Notes: generated from the sequence alone by a model not told the origin. A stretch of DNA of 64,000 nt from Thiomicrospira sp. (GCF_014859555.1 NZ_JACUTY010000005.1:1462-65461); one strand, 5' to 3'; positions 29,336 through 40,224 are shown, counted from the first letter of the stretch. Translations and numbers: made by a program.

Positions 29336-31069
29336 TTAGCAGCCTTCATGTGTTAAATAACTGGCATAACGCCAAAGCGGCAAACCTGGTTGGGTTTGAA
29401 TCGATAGTGGGGTTTGATTGTCTGACGGAAAAGAACAACGTAATAACCCGCTCACAGAGGGTGTAGCCGAGTCGGCATAGTCGAGTTGGACTTGTTGCGT
29501 CGGAAGTAAGTTAGCTTGGTTAGTGGCCCAGCCAGCGCTGCGCCAAAATAGTTGATTTGTTTTATGGCTGAGTTGTTTAATTGGCTGGCTTAAATCGAGT
29601 TTAGTAGCGGTTTGCCAATCTATTAAACCCGCTAAGCTGTAAGCAAAATCTTCTAAGCCAGCGGTGTCTGAAAACTGCCCTTGGTCATTAATAGCTCGGG
29701 GCGCTTCTTCGAGCAAAAGCAGTTGAATTAAGCGTTGTGCAAGTGCATGGCCAAGCAACGCATAATGCGGGCTTTTTGTGGTGGTATAAGCCTGAGCATA
29801 AGCACTCAGCAATAAGCCATTCCAGCCGATTAATTGTTTATCATCCGTCAAACCAGGGCGTATCGCTAAGTTTGACTGTATGTCTAACCAGGCCTGGTGG
29901 TTATCCAGTGGTTTGGGTAGCCAGCCATAATTTAGCAAAGGCGGGGCTTGATTAAGTGACCAGGCTTGCTGGACTATTTGATAAAGTTCTGGCGTTAAGG
30001 TTTGTTCGAGTTGTTGGCGAGTCCATAGGTAACGCCCGCCATCTAAGCCGTCTTCGTCAATGGCGGATTGGCTGGATTGAGCTAAGCCGGTGAGCGGGCT
30101 TAATAACTCGGTTTGTATATAGTTTAATGTGTTTTCTGCGGTTTCTAGAAAGTCGCTGCGTTGAAATCTCTGATAAGCCAGAAAATAAATTTCAGACAGT
30201 TGCGCATTGTCATATAACATTTTTTCGAAGTGGGGTTCTTGCCATGTTGGGTCAACGGTATAACGGAAAAAACCGTGATGTACATGATCATAAAGATGTT
30301 CGGTTTGCATCGCCTCTAACGTGATTTCTAGCCAATCCAGTAGACCACTTTCAAGGTCTTTTTGCATTAGCAGTGCTTTAAGCAATGGGCTGTTGGGGAA
30401 TTTTTGGGTGGCATTTAAACCGCCACTGAAGTTGTCAACTTGGTCAGGCAGTTGTCTAATTAATTCAGGCTTAAGTTGTTCAAAACTGATGGGTTCGAGA
30501 GCGGATGTTTGATCGGCTTGGCTGAGTCGTTTAACCGTTCCAGCTTCGGTTTGCCAAAGTTGTTGAACGCGGTTAAGTCGATTGATTAAATCATCGCGCG
30601 GTAAATAAATGAAACTGGTAAAAGGGTAGCCGTCGGGGGTTAAAATCACATGCAAAGGCCAGCCCGCTTGCCCCGTCGCTCGGCGGGCAAACGCCAGTAG
30701 GTGGTCATCCAAGTCTGGTGAGAGTTCACGGTCAATTTTTACCGAGATAAAGTGCTGATTAAGTAAAGCCGCCACCTGAGGATCTTGATAGTTTTCTTGC
30801 TGCATGACATGACACCAATGGCAGGCAAAATATCCTGATGAAATTAGAATAAGTTTGTTTTGCTGTTTGGCTTGGTTGAGGGTGTCTTGTTGCCATAATT
30901 GCCAGTTGACGGGGTCGTCAGCATGCATCGCCAGATAAGCAGAAGGGTGGTTCGTTAAAGCACTGGCCTGTATCGGTAAAGGCAGCATAAAAATGAGCAC
31001 AAACCCCCAACCACTTAGCCATGACGGACGTCTGGCTAAATGATTTAAAGTCGCCTTAAGGTTTGTCAT
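29336..31069 (-). CDS. YyaL/DUF255 thioredoxin-domain protein with (alpha/alpha)6 barrel
   Basis: HPSAYL, SSGYFACHWCHVM, KIDRE, GWPL, GGFF-like HGFFRY, PHFEKMLYDNA and WNGL. Likely ATG at 31069. Confidence 0.85.
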   Translation of the reverse strand: MTNLKATLNHLARRPSWLSGWGFVLIFMLPLPIQASALTNHPSAYLAMHADDPVNWQLWQQDTLNQAKQQNKLILISSGYFACHWCHVMQQENYQDPQVAALLNQHFISVKIDRELSPDLDDHLLAFARRATGQAGWPLHVILTPDGYPFTSFIYLPRDDLINRLNRVQQLWQTEAGTVKRLSQADQTSALEPISFEQLKPELIRQLPDQVDNFSGGLNATQKFPNSPLLKALLMQKDLESGLLDWLEITLEAMQTEHLYDHVHHGFFRYTVDPTWQEPHFEKMLYDNAQLSEIYFLAYQRFQRSDFLETAENTLNYIQTELLSPLTGLAQSSQSAIDEDGLDGGRYLWTRQQLEQTLTPELYQIVQQAWSLNQAPPLLNYGWLPKPLDNHQAWLDIQSNLAIRPGLTDDKQLIGWNGLLLSAYAQAYTTTKSPHYALLGHALAQRLIQLLLLEEAPRAINDQGQFSDTAGLEDFAYSLAGLIDWQTATKLDLSQPIKQLSHKTNQLFWRSAGWATNQANLLPTQQVQLDYADSATPSVSGLLRCSFPSDNQTPLSIQTQPGLPLWRYASYLTHEGC

Positions 31070-32042
31070 CACCCTTTGGCTGGTTAGGATTTTCGCTATC
31101 TTTGGTTTGTTCATTTTGTTGACGCTTCTGTTGTTCTTTATTTAAAGCCGACATTTCAGCATCAATCTTATCAAACTCAGCGTCATAATCGAAGTCATCA
31201 TTTACTTGATCAGCATAACGGTCGTCAAAACCTTCTTCGTCCATTTTTGAGCGTTGGGCTGAATGGCTATCCGCACTGGTTTCAGATGGTTCTTTATCTA
31301 ACCCTTTGCGTTTGAGAATTAACGCACCGACCAATATACCAAGTTCGTAAAGTAACCAAACGGGTACCGCGAGTAAGGTTTGTGAAATAATGTCCGGTGG
31401 CGTGAGTAACATGCCTAGTACAAAAGCGCCGACAATTACGTAAGGGCGAGCATGTGACATTGATTTGGGTTTAACCATGCCAGTTAAAATCAATAACACC
31501 ACTACTACGGGCACTTCAAAAGACAGGCCAAAGGCAAAGAACATTTTGATCACAAAATCGAGATAAAGTGAAATGTCGGTTGCGATCGTCACGCCTTCGG
31601 GTGCCGTTTGCGATAAAAATCCAAATACTAATGGAAATACCACATAGTAGGCAAACGCGCCGCCTGCATAAAATAAAAACGAGCTAAAGAACAGGATCGG
31701 GGCAACCAGCTGGCGTTCGTGTTTGTAGAGCGCTGGTGCAATAAATGTCCAGAACTGATAAAGCAAGTAGGGCATCGCGAGATAAATCGCTAAAATTAAG
31801 CTTAATTTAAATGGCGTTAAGAACGGAGAGGCCACGCCTACCGCAATCATGCTAGCGCCTTCGGGCATAAAGCGGGTTAAGGGCTCGGCAATGTAAACGT
31901 ATAAATCATTTGCAAACGGGAAAAGCACTAAGAATAGCACTAATACCGCGATAACGGCTTTGGCCACCGCATTGCGAAGATCCAACAAATGTTGAACCAG
32001 CGTCATTTCTTGATCGTGGGGTGGGAGTGCGCTATTGCTCAT
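31056..32042 (-). CDS. tatC: Twin-arginine translocase subunit TatC with long acidic C-tail
   Basis: HLLDLR, SPFLTP, FGLSFEVP and LTPPD motifs. Confidence 0.95.
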   Translation of the reverse strand: MSNSALPPHDQEMTLVQHLLDLRNAVAKAVIAVLVLFLVLFPFANDLYVYIAEPLTRFMPEGASMIAVGVASPFLTPFKLSLILAIYLAMPYLLYQFWTFIAPALYKHERQLVAPILFFSSFLFYAGGAFAYYVVFPLVFGFLSQTAPEGVTIATDISLYLDFVIKMFFAFGLSFEVPVVVVLLILTGMVKPKSMSHARPYVIVGAFVLGMLLTPPDIISQTLLAVPVWLLYELGILVGALILKRKGLDKEPSETSADSHSAQRSKMDEEGFDDRYADQVNDDFDYDAEFDKIDAEMSALNKEQQKRQQNEQTKDSENPNQPKGDDKP

Positions 32043-32057
32043 GCCGGGCCAGTGTTG

Positions 32058-32531
32058 TTATACGTTAGATTTAGAAGCCGATTCGCTGGGATTGACCGTC
32101 TGAACAGAGTCCGTTGGGTTTTTCGCAGTTTTATCGCTTGGTGGGGTTTCGGTTTGATCTTGCGCGACGTCATTGGTAGAGTCCAATTGACGTTGGGCTT
32201 GTTCGATATCAGCTTGAGTAGGCTCAGGATTCGAGAAAGGACGCTGAAGCTCATCAAAGTTGATTTGATCTTGCACATCTTCAAAACCTTTATAAAGATC
32301 TTGTTTAATGTGATCAAATTCACGTTTGTGTTCTTGAACATCCACCGCATCTTGTAGCTCACGAACGGTTTCTCGTAGATTGGAATCGTCTTTGACTGAG
32401 TTGATGAAGTTTCGCATTTTGCGCAGGTATTCACCCGCTTTACGCGCCACTTCTGGCATGCGCTCAGGCCCCACCACCATTAAGGTGATGATGAGGATAA
32501 TAATGATTTCGAGAAAACCGATATCAAACAT
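32058..32531 (-). CDS. tatB: Twin-arginine translocase subunit TatB
   Basis: MFDIGFLE...VVGPERMP. Confidence 0.93.
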   Translation of the reverse strand: MFDIGFLEIIIILIITLMVVGPERMPEVARKAGEYLRKMRNFINSVKDDSNLRETVRELQDAVDVQEHKREFDHIKQDLYKGFEDVQDQINFDELQRPFSNPEPTQADIEQAQRQLDSTNDVAQDQTETPPSDKTAKNPTDSVQTVNPSESASKSNV

Positions 32532-32557
32532 GACTTAAACCTCAGGCGCGTTGCGCA

Positions 32558-32824
32558 TTAAACCTTAGGTTTCGTTTCGTCAGAATTAGCGGGTTTCTTT
32601 TCGGTCGCCTGGCTGTCGTATACGTTGCCTTTTTTATCTTCCGACTCTTCTAACTTAAGTTCTTCAGCCTGTTGGGCTTTTTTCTCGTCTTCATCACTGA
32701 CGGCTTTTTTGAAGCCTTTGATTGCGCCACCTAAGTCACTGCCCACGTTTTTCAAACGTTTTGCACCGAAAATAACCAAAACGATGGCGAGGATGATTAA
32801 TAGTTGCCAGATGCTGATGCCCAT
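32558..32824 (-). CDS. tatA: Twin-arginine translocase subunit TatA
   Basis: [10 protein letters not shown]...FGAKRL...[12 protein letters not shown]. Confidence 0.94.
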   Translation of the reverse strand: MGISIWQLLIILAIVLVIFGAKRLKNVGSDLGGAIKGFKKAVSDEDEKKAQQAEELKLEESEDKKGNVYDSQATEKKPANSDETKPKV

Positions 32825-32895
32825 AGTGTGCTCCATTTAAAACAGGGTTAATTGTCTGCTAAACCGCAAACGATAAATAATAGCAAAATAAACGT

Positions 32896-33216
32896 TTATT
32901 TACCAAGTAAATGTATGTGTAGGTGAAACACTTCTTGACCACCGGTTTCGCCAGTATGAATGTGAGTTTTGAAGCCATCCAAGTTTTGCGACTGCGCAAT
33001 TTGTGGTAAAAGTAACATCATATGACCCATTAAGTCTTTATCTTCAGGCTTTAGGTCAAACAAGGTTGGAATAGGTTTTTTGGGAATAATCAACAAATGT
33101 ACACGCGCTTTAGGGTTGATATCTTTGATGACAACACACTTGTCGTCTTCATAAACAAACTCGGCTGGCAGCTCTTTGTTGATAATGCGTGTGAATAATG
33201 TCGGTTCGGTAATCAT
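32896..33216 (-). CDS. hinT: Histidine triad (HIT) nucleotide-binding protein
   Basis: DINPKARVHLLIIPK and GQEVFHLHIHL. Confidence 0.9.
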   Translation of the reverse strand: MITEPTLFTRIINKELPAEFVYEDDKCVVIKDINPKARVHLLIIPKKPIPTLFDLKPEDKDLMGHMMLLLPQIAQSQNLDGFKTHIHTGETGGQEVFHLHIHLLGK

Positions 33217-33240
33217 TGGAGGATCTCTCTTGGGTGAAGT

Positions 33241-33558
33241 TTATTGTTCTCTCTGGGCCTTTTCGGCTAATCCAGACAGTCCAAATCGGCGTTGCAGTTC
33301 TTTTAGAACATCGGCACTCGATAAGTTTTGGTGTGCCAGCAACACAAGGCTGTGAAACCATAGGTCGGTGACTTCGTAAATTAAGTGGTCTTTATCGCCG
33401 TCTTTGGCCGCCATTACGGTTTCAATAGCTTCTTCGCCAAGCTTTTTCAAGATTTGATCTAGCCCTTTGGCGTATAAACTCGCCACATAGGAGCTATCGG
33501 CAGACTCAGCTTTACGAGCTTCAAGCAGTTGATCAAGTTGCGTTAAAATTTCACTCAT
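33241..33558 (-). CDS. hisE: Phosphoribosyl-ATP diphosphatase
   Basis: [15 protein letters not shown] and DLWFH. Confidence 0.95.
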   Translation of the reverse strand: MSEILTQLDQLLEARKAESADSSYVASLYAKGLDQILKKLGEEAIETVMAAKDGDKDHLIYEVTDLWFHSLVLLAHQNLSSADVLKELQRRFGLSGLAEKAQREQ

Positions 33559-34328
33559 AAACGCACCTCAATGCCTTGGTCTTGCATGGCTTGCTTGGCT
33601 TCTTGAATAGTATGCTCACCAAAATGGAAGATGCTGGCGGCTAATACGGCTTGTGCATGACCCTGTTGAATGCCGTCAACTAGGTCTTGTAACTTGCCGA
33701 CGCCACCTGATGCGATGACGGGAATATTAACCGCATCCGCAATATGGCAAGTCAGATCGTTATCAAAACCAATTTTGGTGCCGTCTCGATCCATGCTGGT
33801 GACCAGTAATTCGCCAGCGCCAAAGTCTTGCATTTTCTTTGACCATTCAATCGCATCAATACCGGTTGGATTACGTCCGCCATGGGTAAATATTTCCCAG
33901 CGATTAGGTTCACCTTCAGCGCTGACCTTTTTAGCGTCAATCGCCACCACGATACATTGTGAGCCAAATAGGTCACTGGCCTGTTGAACAAACTCTGGGT
34001 TGTTGATTGCGGCGGTGTTGATCGAAACTTTGTCTGCACCGGCATTTAACATGCGGCGCACATCTTCAACGGTGCGAATGCCGCCACCTACGGTTAGCGG
34101 GATAAATACTTGGCTGGCAACCGCTTCTACCACATGCACCATGGTTTCACGGTCATCTGAGCTGGCGGTAATGTCTAGGAATGTGATTTCATCAGCACCT
34201 TGTAAATCATAGCGTTTCGCTACTTCTACCGGATCACCAGCATCACGGATATCCAAAAACTGCACGCCTTTTACGACCCGTCCATCTTTGACATCTAAGC
34301 AAGGAATAATGCGTTTAGCGAGTCCCAT
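33555..34328 (-). CDS. hisF: Imidazole glycerol phosphate synthase cyclase subunit
   Basis: [22 protein letters not shown] and LAASIFH. Confidence 0.97.
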   Translation of the reverse strand: MGLAKRIIPCLDVKDGRVVKGVQFLDIRDAGDPVEVAKRYDLQGADEITFLDITASSDDRETMVHVVEAVASQVFIPLTVGGGIRTVEDVRRMLNAGADKVSINTAAINNPEFVQQASDLFGSQCIVVAIDAKKVSAEGEPNRWEIFTHGGRNPTGIDAIEWSKKMQDFGAGELLVTSMDRDGTKIGFDNDLTCHIADAVNIPVIASGGVGKLQDLVDGIQQGHAQAVLAASIFHFGEHTIQEAKQAMQDQGIEVRL

Positions 34329-35083
34329 TAACGTGATCCTGCGATTTGTTGTGAAAGCTTGTCTGCGAGGGCTTGGCCTTCTGCAAAGTCCAAGCTACCT
34401 TCGTAAATTGCGCGACCAGTAATGGCCCCGGTGACACCATCGGCTTCAATTTTAGATAACGCATGAATGTCGTCTAAATTGGTGATCCCCCCCGATGCAA
34501 TCACCGGAATACTGAGGGCTTGAGCAAGCGCTTGGGTCGCTTCAATATTAACGCCTTGCATCATGCCATCACGACCAATGTCGGTGTAAATAATCGCTTC
34601 AACCCCGTCGTTTTCAAATCTTTTGCCCAGATCAATGACTTGGTGTTCTGTAACTTCAGCCCAACCGTTAATCGCGACAAAGCCGTCTTTCGCATCTAGG
34701 CCAACCATAATGTGACCAGGGAATGCTTGACAAGCTTGAGCCACAAACTCAGGCGTGTGTACGGCTTGAGTGCCAATAATACAGTAGCTGACACCGGCTT
34801 TTAAATAAGCTTCGATGGTTTTAAGGTCACGAATGCCACCACCGATCTGGATCGGCAAGTCAGGATAAGCCTGGCTGACTTGCAACACCGCATCACCATT
34901 AACCGGCGTGCCTTCAAATGCACCATTAAGGTCGACCATATGCAGGCGACGTGCACCTTGGGTTACCCAGCGTTCGGCCATCGCTACAATGTCAGATGAG
35001 AAAACCGTCGCGTCCTCCATCACACCTTGTCTTAGGCGAACACATTGGCCGTCTTTTAAGTCAATTGCAGGAATAAGTAGCAT
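34328..35083 (-). CDS. hisA: ProFAR isomerase
   Basis: [21 protein letters not shown] and TDIGRDG. Confidence 0.97.
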   Translation of the reverse strand: MLLIPAIDLKDGQCVRLRQGVMEDATVFSSDIVAMAERWVTQGARRLHMVDLNGAFEGTPVNGDAVLQVSQAYPDLPIQIGGGIRDLKTIEAYLKAGVSYCIIGTQAVHTPEFVAQACQAFPGHIMVGLDAKDGFVAINGWAEVTEHQVIDLGKRFENDGVEAIIYTDIGRDGMMQGVNIEATQALAQALSIPVIASGGITNLDDIHALSKIEADGVTGAITGRAIYEGSLDFAEGQALADKLSQQIAGSR

Positions 35084-35116
35084 AAATTTAGGTCCTTAGA
35101 TTGAAACGCATTTGGG

Positions 35117-35755
35117 TTATGCGCCATTCCAGTTTAAGAAGTTTTTAAACAGCTGAAGTCCGGCATCCGCACTTTTTTCTGGATGAGCCTGAATCGCAAA
35201 CAATTGATCCTGCGCGACGGCTGAAGCAAAGTCAGTAGCGTAGTGGGTCAGGCCGGTTATTTCAGTTTTTAATTTGGGTTGGATGTAATAACTGTGTACA
35301 AAATAAAAACGAGATTGATCTTCAATCTTATGCCATAAAGGGTGAGACTGAGTTTGTTGAATTTGGTTCCAGCCCATGTGCGGAATTTTTAGGTCGGGAT
35401 TGGCTGTTTCATCAAACCGAATCACGTTGCCGGGGATGACATCTAAGCAATCAATGCCGTTGTTCTCTTCAGAATGCGACATTAAAACCTGTAGTCCCAT
35501 GCAAATGCCTAGGAATGGTTTGGTTTTAGCGGCTTGTTTGATGGGGTCGATCATGCCCGTATTTTGTAAAGCTTGCATGCAGGCTTTGGCGGCACCTTGC
35601 CCTGGAAAAATTATGGCATCGGCGTCGGCCACATCTTGCGGGTTCTGGGTAACGAGAATTCGGGTTTGGCTATCGGCTACATGTTCTGCCGCTTTGGCGA
35701 CTGAACGTAAATTGCCCATACCATAGTCAATAACAACGACCTGCTTTAGTGCCAC
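35117..35755 (-). CDS. hisH: IGP synthase glutamine amidotransferase subunit
   Basis: DYGMGN, LGICMGLQ, PHMGWN and HPEKS. Confidence 0.96.
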   Translation of the reverse strand: MALKQVVVIDYGMGNLRSVAKAAEHVADSQTRILVTQNPQDVADADAIIFPGQGAAKACMQALQNTGMIDPIKQAAKTKPFLGICMGLQVLMSHSEENNGIDCLDVIPGNVIRFDETANPDLKIPHMGWNQIQQTQSHPLWHKIEDQSRFYFVHSYYIQPKLKTEITGLTHYATDFASAVAQDQLFAIQAHPEKSADAGLQLFKNFLNWNGA

Positions 35756-36343
35756 TTACAAACTCCCCTTGGTTGAAGGCAATTGGCCTCCCATTCTTGG
35801 GTCATCACTTAAAGCCATGCGTAACGCACGGCCAAAGGCTTTAAAGATGGTTTCAGCTTGGTGGTGCGCGTTTTGACCACGGATATTGTCAATGTGCAGG
35901 GTTGCTTGTGCATGATTTACAAAGCCTTGAAAAAATTCTGCAACCAGCTCGGTTTCAAATTGACCAATTTGTGCGCGTGTGAAGTTAGCATTAAACACCA
36001 GGCCTGGTCGTCCTGATAAGTCAATCACTACACGAGACAAGGACTCATCTAGCGGCACATAGGCATGACCATAACGTGTGATACCTTTTTTATCGCCGAC
36101 GGCTTGACGAATTGCTTGGCCTAACGCAATACCTATATCTTCAACCGTGTGGTGATCGTCAATATGGGTATCACCATTCGCTTGAATGTTGAGATCAATT
36201 AAGCCGTGACGCGCTATTTGGTCAAGCATATGTTCGAAAAAAGGCACACCAGTATTGAGTTTGGCTTCGCCAGTACCGTCTAGGTTGACGCTGATTTTAA
36301 TTTGCGTTTCTAAAGTGTTGCGTTCAACTTGAGCTGTGCGCAT
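35756..36343 (-). CDS. hisB: Imidazoleglycerol-phosphate dehydratase
   Basis: [19 protein letters not shown] and NAHHQAE. Confidence 0.97.
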   Translation of the reverse strand: MRTAQVERNTLETQIKISVNLDGTGEAKLNTGVPFFEHMLDQIARHGLIDLNIQANGDTHIDDHHTVEDIGIALGQAIRQAVGDKKGITRYGHAYVPLDESLSRVVIDLSGRPGLVFNANFTRAQIGQFETELVAEFFQGFVNHAQATLHIDNIRGQNAHHQAETIFKAFGRALRMALSDDPRMGGQLPSTKGSL

Positions 36344-36629
36344 TGCTTATCCCACCAAGCTTAAAAGAAAACTATGATACTGAAATTTGTTTAAATTTGC
36401 ACTTAAAAGCGTTTTGGTCGATAAGACAATTATGTCGGACAAATGTAACTGCAGCACTGGCTTACGGACTTGTGAGTGCGAGAATTGTCGGGGTAAAAGC
36501 ATTAGCAATAGCCGCGCTCAACGGGTCATAAATAATTTTTAGTTGTACCAGGGTGTGGATTTATTAGATAATTCGGCTGATTTTTATAGCCGTTCCTGAA
36601 CTAGCCACAATGCGAAGTGCTAGCAAATC

Positions 36630-36643
36630 TTGACCTAAATTAA
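36630..36643 (+). promoter_or_regulatory. FNR/Anr-like box upstream of ccoN
   Basis: TTGAC-CTAA-ATTAA, 8/10 match to TTGAT-N4-ATCAA. Confidence 0.55.
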
Positions 36644-36778
36644 GTTTTCTGGCGATTTTAAGCAGCAATCACTCTATAAAGTCCTTATAATTGGGCGCTG
36701 AGGAGTTCTTGCACTGTTTGAGATGATTAAAACAAGGGCAGGCAGGAGCGAAACATTAAGACTAAAAGGGGAATCCAC

Positions 36779-38212
36779 GTGGATACTACAATGACAAAAC
36801 CACAATATGATGATGGGGTGGTCAAATATTTGACTGTTCTAGCTGTCGTGTTTTTGGTGCTGGGTACGCTTATGGGGACATTTGCGGCCTCTCAGCTAGC
36901 ATGGCCAGCTTTGAATTTTGATATTGCTGAAATTACCTTTGCTCGTCTGCGTGTAATGCATACCAACACCGTTATTTTTGCGTTTGGTGGCATGACGTTG
37001 ATGGCAACGGCGTTTTATACAGTTCAGAGAACCAATGGTATTAAGTTGTTTAGCAATAAACTAGCTTGGATTACAGCCGTTCTATTTACGGTCGGTTTAT
37101 TATTGGGTGTGATCACTTTATCTATGGGGATGACTCAAGGTAAGGAATACCATGAGCTGATTTGGCCTTTGGATATCGCAGTAGCACTTGTGTGGGTGCT
37201 GTATACGTTTAACTTTGTTATGACGATTGCGTCACGTAACAAAGAAACTCATTCACACGTTTACGTTTCTAACTGGTTCTTCTTGGGTATGATGATCATG
37301 ATCACTTACCTATATGTTGTAAACGGTTTAGCGATTCCAGTATCATTGTTTACCTCCTACTCTATTTTTAGTGGTGTTCAAGACGCTATGATTCAATGGT
37401 GGTGGGGTCACAACGCGGTAGGTTTCTTCCTAACAGCTGGTTTCCTTGGGATTATGTATTATTTTGTACCTAAGCAAGCCCAGCGCCCTGTTTACTCATA
37501 TCGTTTATCGGTTATTCACTTCTGGGCTTTGATGTTTGGTTACGTATGGTTAGGTGCTCACCACCTTCAATATACCGCGTTACCTGACTGGACAGGTTCA
37601 TTAGGTGCCGTTATTTCGTTAGCGATGATTATTCCTTCTTGGGGTGGTGCATTGAACGGTATGTTGACCTTATCAGGGGCTTGGGATCGTTTGCGTACAG
37701 ACTATATTTTGCGCTTCCTAATTATGGCCTTGGCTTTCTATGCAATGGCCACGTTTGAAGGCCCAGTAATGGCGGCTAAGACAGTTAATGCATTGTCGCA
37801 CTACACTGACTGGACCATTGGTCACGTTCACTCCGGTGCATTAGGTTGGGTTGCGATGGTGTCGATAGGTGCGATTTACCATATGGTAATGAAACTGTGG
37901 AAAACTGAGATGTATTCCATGCGTTTGATTAACTTCCACTTCTGGTTGGCGACGATTGGTACGGTTCTGTATATCGTTGCAATGTGGGTGTCAGGCATTA
38001 TGCAGGGCTTGATGTGGCGTGCTTATGATGAGTACGGCATGTTAGCTTACACCTTTGCTGAGTCTGTGGCTGCGATGCATCCATACTATGTAATGCGTGC
38101 TGTCGGGGGTGTGTTGTTCACCTCTGGTGCGGTGGTGATGTTATATAACATCGTCATGACCATTAAGATGGCAAAAGCAAGACAAACCAGCACTGTGGCA
38201 GCGAATGCCTAG
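36779..38212 (+). CDS. ccoN: cbb3-type cytochrome c oxidase subunit I
   Basis: QWWWGHN, GAHHL and HVHSG motifs. Start GTG 36779 or ATG 36791. Confidence 0.97.
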   Translation: MDTTMTKPQYDDGVVKYLTVLAVVFLVLGTLMGTFAASQLAWPALNFDIAEITFARLRVMHTNTVIFAFGGMTLMATAFYTVQRTNGIKLFSNKLAWITAVLFTVGLLLGVITLSMGMTQGKEYHELIWPLDIAVALVWVLYTFNFVMTIASRNKETHSHVYVSNWFFLGMMIMITYLYVVNGLAIPVSLFTSYSIFSGVQDAMIQWWWGHNAVGFFLTAGFLGIMYYFVPKQAQRPVYSYRLSVIHFWALMFGYVWLGAHHLQYTALPDWTGSLGAVISLAMIIPSWGGALNGMLTLSGAWDRLRTDYILRFLIMALAFYAMATFEGPVMAAKTVNALSHYTDWTIGHVHSGALGWVAMVSIGAIYHMVMKLWKTEMYSMRLINFHFWLATIGTVLYIVAMWVSGIMQGLMWRAYDEYGMLAYTFAESVAAMHPYYVMRAVGGVLFTSGAVVMLYNIVMTIKMAKARQTSTVAANA

Positions 38213-38222
38213 TTAGAAAAAG

Positions 38223-38247
38223 GGTGGGGCCATATATTGGCCTCACC
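38223..38247 (+). other. 10-bp stem-loop between ccoN and ccoO (no U-tract; possible mRNA stabiliser)
   Basis: GGTGGGGCCA-tatat-TGGCCTCACC. Confidence 0.5.
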
Positions 38248-38280
38248 AGTCTAAATTAATGAGTTGAGGAGCAGAAACTC

Positions 38281-39102
38281 ATGGCAGATCAAACTCCAAA
38301 AAATTTCCAGGATCGTGTTGAACGCAATATATTTGCGATGATCTTGGCCACCGCTTTTGTGGTATCAATCGCGGGTATTGTTGAAATCGTACCGTTGTTT
38401 TATCTAAAGTCGACGGTTGATTACACAGAAAAAACCGATAAATACGGTAACGTTAAAAATGAGAAATTCCCTGAGCTAGTATGGGAGCGTACCTTTACGG
38501 AGCAAGATGGCAAAGTAGTATCAGACAAACGTCTTTACTACAAAAAAGCCGATGGAACGTGGGGATCAGACTGGAAACAAGGTGATGGGGTTCGTCCACA
38601 TACACCTTTAGAGTTTGCAGGTCGTGATATCTATATTCGTGAAGGTTGTTATATTTGTCACTCACAAATGATTCGCCCTTTCCGTGATGAGCGTGAGCGT
38701 TATGGTCACTTCTCACTCGCAACCGAGTCTATGTATGATCGCCCGTTCCAATGGGGTTCAAAGCGTACAGGGCCAGACTTGGCACGTGTGGGTGGAAAGT
38801 ACTCGGATGAATGGCATGTTATGCATTTATTAAGACCTCAGGATCTAGTGCCAGAGTCGGTGATGCCTGCTTACCCATGGCTAGCTGAGAATAGTGTAGA
38901 TAACTATTTCTTTGGCTTAACACGTAACATGAAGGCTCGTATGACCGCATTACGTCGCGTGGGTGTCCCTTATACGGATGAAGAAATCGAATTAGCACAA
39001 GAGCATATCGAAGGCAAAACAGAAATGGATGCAATCGTAGCTTACATGCAGGTTCTAGGTACCATGGTTAAACTCGACGACAGTAAGGTTTATCGTGAGT
39101 AA
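38281..39102 (+). CDS. ccoO: cbb3-type oxidase subunit II (monoheme), with an N-terminal insertion
   Basis: [26 protein letters not shown] and SVMPAY. Confidence 0.95.
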   Translation: MADQTPKNFQDRVERNIFAMILATAFVVSIAGIVEIVPLFYLKSTVDYTEKTDKYGNVKNEKFPELVWERTFTEQDGKVVSDKRLYYKKADGTWGSDWKQGDGVRPHTPLEFAGRDIYIREGCYICHSQMIRPFRDERERYGHFSLATESMYDRPFQWGSKRTGPDLARVGGKYSDEWHVMHLLRPQDLVPESVMPAYPWLAENSVDNYFFGLTRNMKARMTALRRVGVPYTDEEIELAQEHIEGKTEMDAIVAYMQVLGTMVKLDDSKVYRE

Positions 39103-39277
39103 AATTCAACAATACTTCAGCACGGACTGGTCCTCAATGACAGGCCATGACTGGGCTGGACTAATCGTAACAGTACTGGTGTTTGTCGGTTTAGCTGTTG
39201 CTTTTTGGTGGGCATTAAGACCCAGCAAACGTAAAGAGCTGGAAGAACAAAAATACAAAGTACTTGATGATGATTGA
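39095..39277 (+). CDS. ccoQ: cbb3-type oxidase subunit 3/CcoQ
   Basis: 60-aa single-TM protein between ccoO and ccoP (WWALRPSK). Confidence 0.85.
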   Translation: MSKIQQYFSTDWSSMTGHDWAGLIVTVLVFVGLAVAFWWALRPSKRKELEEQKYKVLDDD

Positions 39278-39297
39278 TTATTCTGAGGAGAATAAGT

Positions 39298-40224
39298 ATG
39301 GCACAACACAATCCATGGCCTGATGAAGGCAACACCGGCCACATTTGGGACGAAGACCTACGTGAACTGGATAATCCACCTCCATTATGGTGGATGCTGG
39401 CATTTTATGCTGGTTTGATAATGATCGTTTTTTATGCGGTTTATTATCCAACTGTTCCGTTAGTTGATTCACACACTAAAGGGGTAGCGGGTTGGACTCA
39501 GATTGAAGAGTATAAAGAAGACTTTGAAGTTCTGAATAAATGGCGTGAACGAACGTTTTCTTCACAAGAAGAAAAGCTAGCCAGTCTGGATGTAGCCGAT
39601 ATCATGAAAGATGATGAGTTACGCGCTTATGCGGTAGCGACCTCTAAAGTGTTATATGGTGACTACTGTATGGCTTGTCATGGTGCGGGTGGATCTGGTA
39701 ATCCGAACTTCCCGGTATTAGCCGATGATGACTGGTTATGGGGAGGCTCCGTTAAGCAAATTGAAGCATCTCTTGAAAAAGGCCGTGTTGGTAACATGCC
39801 AGCGAAGGGCATGATGGGCAACTTAAATGATCAAGAAATTGAACAGGTTGCGGATTATGTCATCGGTTTAGCAACAGGTGAAAGTGAAAATGAAGCATAT
39901 GCTGCAGGTAAAGCGATTTATAACGGTAAAGGTTTGTGCATGGCCTGTCATGGTCCATTAGGTAAGCCTGTTGCTCCAAATGGAGCCACCAACCTTACCG
40001 GTAGTGTGGAACGTTTTATGGGTGTACCGGGTAACTTACAAGCCGATCGTCGTGCATCGATTATTCACACCATTACATATGGTGTGAATGTTAAAAAAGA
40101 CGGCGCTTACTTACCTGAAACACGTCGCGCTGAAATGCCTTCTTTTAAAGAGCGCTTACCTGATGCCGATGTCAATATTAAACGCCTAGCGGTTTATGTT
40201 CATGAATTAGGTGGCGGTCAGTAA
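39298..40224 (+). CDS. ccoP: cbb3-type oxidase subunit III (diheme)
   Basis: TGHIWDEDLRELDNPPP, two CMACH motifs and DDDWLWGG. ATG at 39298 after GAGGAG. Confidence 0.95.
   Translation: MAQHNPWPDEGNTGHIWDEDLRELDNPPPLWWMLAFYAGLIMIVFYAVYYPTVPLVDSHTKGVAGWTQIEEYKEDFEVLNKWRERTFSSQEEKLASLDVADIMKDDELRAYAVATSKVLYGDYCMACHGAGGSGNPNFPVLADDDWLWGGSVKQIEASLEKGRVGNMPAKGMMGNLNDQEIEQVADYVIGLATGESENEAYAAGKAIYNGKGLCMACHGPLGKPVAPNGATNLTGSVERFMGVPGNLQADRRASIIHTITYGVNVKKDGAYLPETRRAEMPSFKERLPDADVNIKRLAVYVHELGGGQ

Noticed and set aside
32039-32434. 131-aa alternative-frame ORF overlapping tatB
   Set aside because: Same-strand alternative frame with no recognisable family; tatB explains the region.
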